From: Paramicrosporidium saccamoebae KSL3
Taxonomy: Eukaryota > Fungi > Cryptomycota
Direction: 5' to 3'
Length of the DNA: 32,000 nt
Assembly: GCA_002794465.1 (NCBI GenBank)
Contig: MTSL01000003.1
Coordinates: forward strand, 30,001 to 62,000
Position 1 is the stretch's first letter; each line of letters opens with the position of its first letter. Below are positions 1 through 9,267 of this stretch, in pieces. Position numbers and translations under genes: made by a program. The notes under the pieces are model-generated. The model was given only the letters and a program-made list of their open reading frames with translations. It did no database searches and was not told where the DNA came from.

Positions 1-1401
<1,401 letters not shown>

Positions 1402-1597
1402 ATCCAGTAACTCGTCTAGCTCAAATACAAATCGTTATTGTATGATGATGCAATACCTTGACTATATTCTTAGCATTGATGCGTAATGGATTTAATCTCC
1501 AACAAAGCTCTCAAGTTCCAACCTCATAATGTGAATCAAAACTTTCCACCAAACTATGCAGCCGAATTTACAACTACTATAGCTCAAATACAACCTT

Positions 1598-1957
1598 TTA
1601 TTGTTCAGCAGACAGTTCTTCATACAACGCCTTGGCTTTATTTTCAATATTGGGAATCAAAACTTCCAACTGGGCCTTGCGGGTGAGCATCTTTTCCTTC
1701 TCTTCAAGAGCCATACTGCTGACATTTCTGAGACGTTCTTGCACATGCGGAAGATCACTCAGAATAAAGGCCTTTCCAATAGTGCGATATACTGCCGTCT
1801 CGGCAGGTAATGACTCGAGCTCTTTCATTGTCAAGAGAGACATTTTGTTCTCGTGCTCTTTCCTGCTTGCAAATTCTGAAACACGTCTATGTTCAGCAAC
1901 CAGCTCTCCTAGTCGCGTTTGAGCGGCAGTAAATTCCTTCTTCAATGTTTCCGACAT
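1598..1957 (-). CDS. PFD1: Prefoldin subunit 1 (beta type), about 119 aa
   Basis: Coiled coil-beta hairpin-coiled coil with KELESLPAETAVYRTIGKAFI motif. Start placed at MSETLKKEF (1957) from family length; the upstream in-frame ATG would overlap PFD2. Confidence 0.85.
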   Translation of the reverse strand: MSETLKKEFTAAQTRLGELVAEHRRVSEFASRKEHENKMSLLTMKELESLPAETAVYRTIGKAFILSDLPHVQERLRNVSSMALEEKEKMLTRKAQLEVLIPNIENKAKALYEELSAEQ

Positions 1958-1984
1958 TCCTAATCTGTGAACCCTTGCTAAATC

Positions 1985-2314
1985 ATGTCGAATCATGACG
2001 CCGCCGTTGTGAATCAATACCAAAACCTTAGACAAGAGCTGCAGTCGCTGTCAGAGAAGCTTGGAGAACTTGAAATGGATGCAGATGAGCACCGTTTAGT
2101 AGTAGCTGCGCTCACCCCACTAGCCCCAAGCCGAAAGTGCTGGCGGCGTGTGGGCGGTATATTGGTGGAGGGTACCGTAGAGCAAACCTTACCAATCCTT
2201 TCAACAAATCTTCAAGGGATTGAAAGGGCAATGCAAGGTCTAACAGAAATTTTCAAGAAAAAAGACGAGGAGTTATCGCTAATAGAGCGCGAAGCACTAA
2301 AAGGCACTGAATAA
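1985..2314 (+). CDS. GIM4: Prefoldin subunit 2, 109 aa
   Basis: DEHRLVVAAL...RKCWRRVGGILVE motif typical of PFDN2/Gim4. Confidence 0.9.
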   Translation: MSNHDAAVVNQYQNLRQELQSLSEKLGELEMDADEHRLVVAALTPLAPSRKCWRRVGGILVEGTVEQTLPILSTNLQGIERAMQGLTEIFKKKDEELSLIEREALKGTE

Positions 2315-2350
2315 ATGCAGTTACTATTGACTTGGTCGCTTTGAAGATTG

Positions 2351-2435
2351 TACATACGGAACACTTGTACACACGGAACATTTATTTATACGGAATATTT
2401 ATACATACACAGCAATTATACATACGAAACGTTTG
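2351..2435. repeat. Degenerate 17-bp tandem repeat, 5 copies
   Basis: TACATACGGAACACTTG / TACACACGGAACATTTA / TTTATACGGAATATTTA / TACATACACAGCAATTA / TACATACGAAACGTTTG. Confidence 0.85.
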
Positions 2436-2563
2436 TGCAATCCTTTGCCTGAAACTGTAGTATATATACATTATGCATTTATGATTGAGATATTACTCAT
2501 ATCTAGCCGCGACAATGGGTAGATAAAGATAGTTTATTCCTGAAGCTACATGCCACATACACT

Positions 2564-3211
2564 TTACTCAGCAGCTACTACAATTCTCGCCCCCTTCGCG
2601 GGCTCAGGGTTGTCCACCTTTCTAGCTGGAGTTGCAGTGCTGATTGTGGTCGAAATGGGCGTCGCAGATGTCACGGGCGTTGGGATAGCAGTCTCTTGGG
2701 TGGTGGTCGTCTCTGGGTTAACAACCTCCTCAGAAGACTCATCTTCTGACTCTGAAGACTCTGAAGATTCTGAAGACTCTGAAGGCACAGGGGGAACATA
2801 TGCTCTGCGATAGCGATGGAGATGCTTCTTGAGCCAAGATAAAACTCTCTGAGGCCTAACATATCCTCGCAGTTCGCCAATCTTTTTGTTATCGAGGTAC
2901 AAACGCAAAGTCGGAACAGTTCTGATCTTGAGTTTCTTACAGAAACGCCCTCCTTTGCAGTTGAACTGCTCAATCTTGAGTCCCATAAAGTCTTCCTCGC
3001 GGATCGAGACGTATCTTGTTAGGCGGCGCATAATCGTGGCGAACGATTTGCACTTCTTACTTTTTGGCTTGTAGAACTCGACCAGTGTAAAGCCTTCAAG
3101 CTCGGCCGGGAAAGTCGTACGGTTAGAGCGAGGGAGCTCAGGAATAGCACCAAGGACCGTAGTGACAATGACAGAAAGCAAAACAACTAGCGACGATAGA
3201 CGGCCCATCAA
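2564..3211 (-). CDS. Secreted single-domain thioredoxin/PDI-like protein, SxxC variant, with Ser/Glu/Thr-rich tail
   Basis: Hydrophobic N-terminal signal, TLVEFYKPKSKKC active-site region, NCKGGRFC second Cys pair, TVPTL cis-Pro loop, SESSESSES and TTTT low-complexity tail. Confidence 0.75.
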   Translation of the reverse strand: MMGRLSSLVVLLSVIVTTVLGAIPELPRSNRTTFPAELEGFTLVEFYKPKSKKCKSFATIMRRLTRYVSIREEDFMGLKIEQFNCKGGRFCKKLKIRTVPTLRLYLDNKKIGELRGYVRPQRVLSWLKKHLHRYRRAYVPPVPSESSESSESSESEDESSEEVVNPETTTTQETAIPTPVTSATPISTTISTATPARKVDNPEPAKGARIVVAAE

Positions 3212-3505
3212 CAGAATATGCCCTTGCAGTTCGCATTGTTGATATTTAACAGAACGCCGCCCGTTTTAGATTGACCAAACATACACTTTTGGTGTGGCAT
3301 TACAGGATTCTAAAAAAGTGAATATCCCTTACATTTATGGTCATACGAGGGCAACAGTGCACAATAGTCTATTCCGCTGTCAAAGCTCGTGTAAACATGA
3401 TAGGAAACACGAGTTGTGTGGGCGATGTAATTCTCAATAGACAGCTCTTGTTTATTACAAATGCTATTGTCAAACTGCAGTGATAGTGTTGGCATTCAAC
3501 AGATC

Positions 3506-4057
3506 TCAATTGCTCGGCAGAGGCGTTGATGACGCTACAGCGGTGGTTGTGGGCGTAGGGCGTGTGATTTCAGATTCGGGACGATCCTCTTCGGCATCTG
3601 GCACATCTTCATCTACAGCGGGATCTTCAACAACGATAGGATCAGTTATGGCACCCGTGCTGTATGCACTAACCAGCGCCCTTAGCCAGTCGACAACTTT
3701 TTTAAGTGCAACATTTCCTCGCAGTTCGCCCACCTTTTCAGTGTCTCTATACAGATAAAGGCTCGGAAGTGACTTGAGTCCAAGTTTCTTGCAGTACGGT
3801 CCTCCTTTACAGTTATACTGTTCCACTGCCAGCCCCATAAAGTCGCTTTCATGGCTTGCAATGTACTTCAAAAGACGGAGAACAGTCTTTGAGAATAATT
3901 TACAATGTCGGCAATTGGGGCTGTAGAACTCGACCAAGGTAAAGCCGCTCAGGAAATTGGGAAATGTTGCACGATCGGACTGGGGGAGCTCGGCAATGGC
4001 TCCCAAAATCGAAATCAGAAACGTCGCGAAAACAATTACGTATGACGAGAGACGCAT
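3506..4057 (-). CDS. Secreted single-domain thioredoxin/PDI-like protein, CxxC (CRHC), tandem paralog of 2564-3211
   Basis: Signal peptide, TLVEFYSPNCRHC, NCKGGPYC, SLPSL, acidic/Thr-rich tail. Aligns by eye with the neighbour over the whole domain. Confidence 0.8.
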   Translation of the reverse strand: MRLSSYVIVFATFLISILGAIAELPQSDRATFPNFLSGFTLVEFYSPNCRHCKLFSKTVLRLLKYIASHESDFMGLAVEQYNCKGGPYCKKLGLKSLPSLYLYRDTEKVGELRGNVALKKVVDWLRALVSAYSTGAITDPIVVEDPAVDEDVPDAEEDRPESEITRPTPTTTAVASSTPLPSN

Positions 4058-4235
4058 GGCGAGCAGGAATTACGAGCCGTAAACAGCGGGCGGGCCATTT
4101 TGGCTGCTAGATGAATAACCTTAAAAGGAAATGTATATAATAAGCTCCAAAATCGCCTAATGATCTATTCTCAACCCCGTATGGTGAAATGAAAAAGAAA
4201 AATTTATCGTTCGAACTTATCAATCAACGATGCAT

Positions 4236-5708
4236 TTAGAGAGATCTTAGAAGATCCGCAGTGCTGACAGTGTGGGGTTGCTCATCTTCGTCGCGTTCAA
4301 TCTCACCAGAGTGTTGCTGGGCATCTTGATGGTGGATGTGATGATGGTGGTGGAACTGGTGGTCATCCACAATAGCGTGGGGATAGGGAAGATGATGGTA
4401 TGATGAAGAAGGATCGTGTGATGGGTAATGAGAAGAATCTGCAGGGACACCTTGCGCCAGAGCTTGCTGCAACGCTTGGGCGACCATTTGGGAAAACTCT
4501 TCATTCTTCTCCAAGATCCCCTCTTCGCCATGGTGATGATGGTAGCTTTGTGGATGCAATCCGTGGGAAGAGTCATAAAGCATTGATGGATCGTAAACCC
4601 CAGCTTGCCCAAGAACTTGTTGATGGTGGTGAAGAACAGCTTGGCGCGCCCTCTCGGCTGCTTCAATGCGGCTCTGATACGCTTCAACTGCTTTGTGGAG
4701 CAGTCCGCGTTTTCCGGCCAGCTTTGCAGAGTTCAGCCACGCCAGCTTCCAGCCAAGTTCATTGCAGGAATTCTCATATTCCCAGTGTTCATTTGAGTAT
4801 CCAGCCGCCCCTCCCATCATGGCTTGTGGGAAAATGGCATTGTTAGCACGGAAGTCTTCATCAACTTGGGTCAAGTCAACTCCTTCAATGTCCACGCGGA
4901 TCTTAATTTTGGTTAGTTCTCCTTCGCGATCAGCGTATTGAAGAGTCAAAGTCTTTGGCCCGGGGACACGAATGAGGGGTGTTGGAGCAAGTCCCATAGC
5001 AGCAGCGCCGTCCATCACAGAAGCGCGTTTGTTAAAGGGCGAGCTTTGATGGAGCTTTTCCTGGCGCATCACTCGTCGAGATCGATTCTCGGGAGTACGG
5101 TTTCGGTAAGAATCGACTGCGCGTTGGATGAGTCCACGCTTGTTGCCCAGAACCCCGGGATTCCTCCAGCAAAGCTTCCATGCAATCTCATTCACTGCAG
5201 TCTCGTACTCCCAGCGGTTCCCAATGTACGCTTCACGTGGAACAAGGGCGCGAGGGTAGACACAGTTCTCGGCTTTGAAATCATCGGGAATCTCGTCATG
5301 CCCAATAGTGTCAATATCAGCTCGAATGTGATATTCTTGTATGTGTCCCTTTGTGGAGTAGGTGAATATAAGCCACTCGATGGTGTCGCGGTACTCAACT
5401 TGCGGAGTAGACGCCGGCAGATTCATATACTGGCCCCCCGTAGGACGAGGCCGCTCAATATGCTCATTAGACCCGTCACTCAGCCTTCTCTTCTTGGTGC
5501 CCCCAGACTTGGTCGAAGGCGCAACAGCAGCGATTCCGGTGGCAGGTGGGCTCTTCTGGCGTTTAAGCTTTTGAACCTTCTTTTCCAGTTGGATGAGCTG
5601 GGCCGGGGAGAGATTAAGGAGGACTTCGGCACCATTGTTCAGAAGAGTAGTTAAAGTTAGCGCATTAAGCTCTTCGTTGTCGTCAAGGCGTAGCGTAAGG
5701 TCATCCAT
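4236..5708 (-). CDS. Uncharacterised 490-aa probable nuclear protein with two copies of a roughly 100-aa domain and a His-rich C-terminus
   Basis: Copy 1 aa 111-215 (ENCVYPRA...WKL...KRGLIQRAVDSYRN), copy 2 aa 253-347 (NNAIFPQA...WKL...KRGLLHKAVEAYQS), NLS-like TKKRR. Confidence 0.85.
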   Translation of the reverse strand: MDDLTLRLDDNEELNALTLTTLLNNGAEVLLNLSPAQLIQLEKKVQKLKRQKSPPATGIAAVAPSTKSGGTKKRRLSDGSNEHIERPRPTGGQYMNLPASTPQVEYRDTIEWLIFTYSTKGHIQEYHIRADIDTIGHDEIPDDFKAENCVYPRALVPREAYIGNRWEYETAVNEIAWKLCWRNPGVLGNKRGLIQRAVDSYRNRTPENRSRRVMRQEKLHQSSPFNKRASVMDGAAAMGLAPTPLIRVPGPKTLTLQYADREGELTKIKIRVDIEGVDLTQVDEDFRANNAIFPQAMMGGAAGYSNEHWEYENSCNELGWKLAWLNSAKLAGKRGLLHKAVEAYQSRIEAAERARQAVLHHHQQVLGQAGVYDPSMLYDSSHGLHPQSYHHHHGEEGILEKNEEFSQMVAQALQQALAQGVPADSSHYPSHDPSSSYHHLPYPHAIVDDHQFHHHHHIHHQDAQQHSGEIERDEDEQPHTVSTADLLRSL

Positions 5709-5719
5709 ATTTGAAATTT

Positions 5720-5916
5720 CTAAACGGGGTTAGTATCCCTAAAACAAAACTGGAAACGTGAGTAGGGGAAGGTAGACGACAGCGTTATTACACAAGTCAT
5801 TTGCAACTGAGAGCGCACTGTTTACACAGCCGGAACATGCCCCCCTATGGTTGCTGACCAGGATATACACTCAGTTTCGACTACCCCTCCCACTACCCAC
5901 GTAAGCCAGCCCATAC
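5720..5916 (-). other. Probable 197-nt 5'-UTR intron of the 4236-5708 gene
   Basis: Minus strand TACTAAC (5735-5729) followed by CCCGTTTAG ending 11 nt before the ATG. Best donor is AAG|GTATGG at 5916; alternative donors are not excluded. Confidence 0.55.
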
Positions 5917-6025
5917 CTTTTGGTAAATAGCTTTTCGACGTGGGTATCAGTTACGCTACAGCGGTTGCGGGTCCTCCCGGTCAAAAGTACAACCCCCGGT
6001 AACCGGGCCTAATCTATATCCGTCT

Positions 6026-6071
6026 CTGATTGGCTGTTTGCGCGTCCTAGCGGCATAACATTCCTGATTGG
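6026..6071. promoter_or_regulatory. Two CCAAT boxes (CTGATTGG at 6026-6033 and 6064-6071)
   Basis: Match to the NF-Y/HAP CCAATCAG consensus in a non-coding region. Confidence 0.55.
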
Positions 6072-6173
6072 TCCAACGAAACGACAACGCACGGTCCATT
6101 TTTAATAGTATCCTGATCAAGGAAATGTACGCTTTCTGTGCACCTACAAAAATTGAGCAAGTAAAAAATCCAT

Positions 6174-6192
6174 TGACGTCATATTTATAAAA
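6174..6192 (+). promoter_or_regulatory. CRE palindrome TGACGTCA followed by TATA-like TATTTATAAAA
   Basis: Exact TGACGTCA at 6174-6181, immediately followed by an AT-rich TATA-like run. Confidence 0.45.
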
Positions 6193-6199
6193 TATTAAG

Positions 6200-6525
6200 C
6201 ACACCGGCTTGGTGCACATCGAAAAGTGCTGGATGCTGCTCTTTGTTCAAAAGTTTTTGACCATAAATAGTCATTTGTGCGTGTTAAAATGTGAATTTGG
6301 TGCGGTGTGTATATTTAGTTGCCATTTTTCATGCACGGAATACTGAGGACATGAGCACGATAATTACTAACCCTCTTAGCCATAGGCAGGTATGGAGGCC
6401 ATGCCTGTTTCAGCCGGATCGCACACCGGCATGGCGTCGTACGTGCATTAAAAAAACTTGCACAAATTTACTCGGATCTCGTGGCGCCTATTATTGTAAT
6501 GTAGTGCTTGCAAGTTCTTATTAAA
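6200..6525 (+). other. Putative unannotated spliced transcript (small ORF or structured ncRNA)
   Basis: TACTAAC (6365-6371) plus CCTCTTAG acceptor (6379), nested helices 6325-6455, ATTAAA at 6520-6525. No recognisable protein family. Confidence 0.3.
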
Positions 6526-6588
6526 TAACCTAGACAGCACGTGCCGACTTTGTAAATGTGCTTTTTATTCATCAATGTTCCCAAAGCG

Positions 6589-7864
6589 CTAAATAAAACA
6601 CTTGCGTGCTTCCATCATACGGTACACGTTTTTGGTTTTGGAACAAAGCACGCTACCTCCCATCGAGGCAGCCATTTCATGAAGAGCCTTGGATGAATAT
6701 ACATTGCCGTTAGGAAGCACCATCGGTGGATTATCGGCATCCATTAGTTCGCCGGAAATTGGACACACTAGCAAAGAAGTCTCATGGTGTGCAAAGGGAA
6801 GAAATGTGGATATTGATGATAGTGGTGGACTGCACACGGGACAATTAATATTTGCAGTGTCTGATGTGCAGCACTGGGGTGTCTTCAGGGCTGCTAAGCC
6901 CGCATGGATGAGAGAAATCAATTGCGGACGATCCGGGATCCCATGAAGTGCAAATTTGTCGTGATCAAATTGGTCTGCAATGTCTGTCCAGCGATCCAGG
7001 TCGTAAAGCCACTTGTAGGGCATGATCTCCGAGTCTTCACCAAATGCCAAAAGTGCTAAAGATTGCTCAACCTCCAACTCGTTGGAGACGCTGAAGTTTG
7101 CAAAGTGCTTTTTAGCATAGCTGATAGCATTAGCCAGGTCACGTCTTCGGCAAAATTCGACAAACTCTTGCCGTCGAAGCATAAATTCGAGAGGACTACC
7201 ATTCTTTTTAAGGGATACTCTATTTTCTGAACACCACGCCAGACAATCGCTCACTTGCCCCAAAAGGAGCGTCTTTCGTATCTTTGAGCTCTCGTCATAT
7301 AGTTCCCAGTCAATACTTTGCTAAGAAATTAGTCTTGGCGCCATCAGTCACCTCAAGGCCATGTTGGTTAACAAGTATTGATGCAGTGTCGAAAAACCCC
7401 TTCTGTAGTAGATATTCGATGATCAGACGAAATGAGCGAGTACGTTGCCAGCGCGAAATCTCGACTCGTTGATCATCGGATCTCGAATCCAAGAGCACGT
7501 TGTTTACTTCGGACAGTCGAGTTTCAAGGCGTCTCCGAAACTTCCTTGCCTCCGCACGTTGTCCCGTTAGCTAAAATCGTACAGCAAACAGCATGTGCAT
7601 GGAACCTTTTCCAAGATCGCCAGAGCTCGCTGCAGGAGTTTTGCTCGTTTATTTTCATCTCCCAAGTCTACTTCGCCTATAACTCCGACGAGCTGAGACA
7701 CGTCCTTGTCAATAATTTTAAGCTCATTTCGGAAGCAGCGCCTAGCCTGCTCCAGAGGGACCTATTATAAGTTATTTCAGAAGAATAACCTTTGTAAACG
7801 ATTGCTCAAGAGATATTACAGATTCTGTGGACGCTTGAAAAGTATTTGGGCACTCGACAGTCAT
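6589..7864 (-). CDS. FYV10: GID/CTLH E3 ligase subunit Fyv10/Gid9/MAEA, 393 aa; introns 7762-7789, 7571-7605, 7321-7351
   Basis: LEQSFTKVPLE N-terminus, LisH (RLIIEYLLQKGFFDTA), CTLH/CRA (RRQEFVEFCR), C-terminal CPVC...LVCPISGELMDADNPPMVLPNGNVYS. Spliced frame closes. Confidence 0.9.
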
Positions 7865-8197
7865 AGTGACTGGGACAAAGAAAATATTTCCGGTTTTTAT
7901 ACCACGTTGGTGACTACTTGTACTGATTTGTGCAACTACCAGCCGAAGAGCGTAGCAAACTCTTCACCACGAAAATTTTGCAGGAACGAATTCTCTGCAC
8001 ACACTAAAAATTTTATTGACATTGAATGTAAATTACTAGATCAGTGAATTAGCATGATTAAAAGTCTTGGCACACATACTACAGTTAATGAGAGTGGGCT
8101 GTCGTTCAATATCAAAGATCTGCAAGACTGGTGTTTTTGTAGTTAGATGGCATTACAATTGGGGGCAGCAAAATTGAATAACACGACAATAAGTCTG

Positions 8198-9240
8198 TTA
8201 TTTTTTGGAGTGCGATTTCCAAGCGATGAACGATAAAAGTTCGAATGTTGCGGGTATCGAATTTTCCCCGTTGGAATAATTTTCTAAACACTTTTTCTCG
8301 GCCAACTTAATTACATCCCGTCGAAGAAACTGCTTCCTATACATCATTTTAGCGAATCAGGAAAGAACCGATTCAATAGTGCGCTGCTCTCTCCCAAAAG
8401 CTGGAGATCAATCAACAATGACTTCAAGTCAGGAAACATGACGCAAATTTCCTCGGTATCAACAGTGATGTCATAAAACTTGCATGTGGTCAGTAGCGAG
8501 GCCAGATCTTTCAAGGCTAAAAATAACGGCCCACGTCGTTAAAAGCCTACAAATCATCGGAGAGATCCTCGGAGACATTCCATTTTCAATTTCCTGTTGG
8601 GCTAGGAGAAGCGAAGATCTAAAGGCATATAAAATATTTTTGGACATGATGTACCGTAGCTCAAACAAGGTTTCTCCCCCGAATAAGGATCCCATGAATA
8701 GTCCATCGTCTTTCAATGATGACCTAATGTTGCTACATACCGCTATGTGTTATGGCAGCGATCGGTGACTACCTTCTAAATCATTGATCCAGTGAAGGTT
8801 CATATTGGCTATGATAGCATCGAATTCGCAAGGAGGAAAAGCCCATGATTCTTCATCGCATACTATATCAACGTTTGGACTATCTGCAAGAGCTGGTCAG
8901 AATCTGAATCCGCTTACCATATATGTCTGACACAGTGACATGCTCAGCAAGGATGGATTCCTTAATTGCAATCGGGAGTCTATCTCCGTATCGCCCCAAT
9001 ATAAGAACTTTTTTAGGCGGATTTAAGAGATCCTAGATAGTGAACTCGAAGAGGCAAAAATACTCATACTCTCATCTTTTCAACAAGTCGGTCATCTATT
9101 TCGTTCCTTAAACCTCCTGCCGCATTGAATGTATCCTTCTGCATTGATGCCCATTTCTTTTGCGACGATTTGAGATGCCGGTCAAATATGACAGACGAAA
9201 AAAGCCGGGCTCGTATTACTCGAGCGGATTTGAATGTCAT
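8198..9240 (-). CDS. NDUFAF5: Mitochondrial complex I assembly factor NDUFAF5 (SAM-dependent methyltransferase fold), 279 aa; introns 9033-9069, 8884-8917, 8743-8772, 8619-8654, 8517-8550, 8337-8368
   Basis: Spliced product has [73 protein letters not shown], colinear with the NDUFAF5 family. Arg-rich presequence. Confidence 0.9.
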
Positions 9241-9267
9241 CCCAAACGGACTACCGTGGTCTTAGTC

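Noticed and set aside
1442-1448. ATGATGA as a box C
   Set aside because: No CTGA box D or terminal stem within the following 100 nt; it lies in the LPD1 3' region.
2545-2566. Possible 22-nt intron (GTAAAG...ATGTAG) removing the stop of the SxxC thioredoxin and extending it by about 14 aa
   Set aside because: Shorter than all 29 supported tiny introns, and the extension has no recognisable anchor or retention signal; needs RNA data.
5995-6007. Palindrome CCCGGT-A-ACCGGG (CGG-N3-CCG) as a Zn2Cys6 or Reb1-like site
   Set aside because: Single occurrence with no way to assign a factor; cannot be separated from chance.
6367-6374. CTAACCCT as a telomerase RNA template (TTAGGG type)
   Set aside because: It coincides with a TACTAAC branch point, and the same TACTAACCC occurs in the intron at 5720-5735. 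Twelve qualifying 8-mers in about 880 bp give roughly 0.16 expected hits by chance. No convincing pseudoknot.
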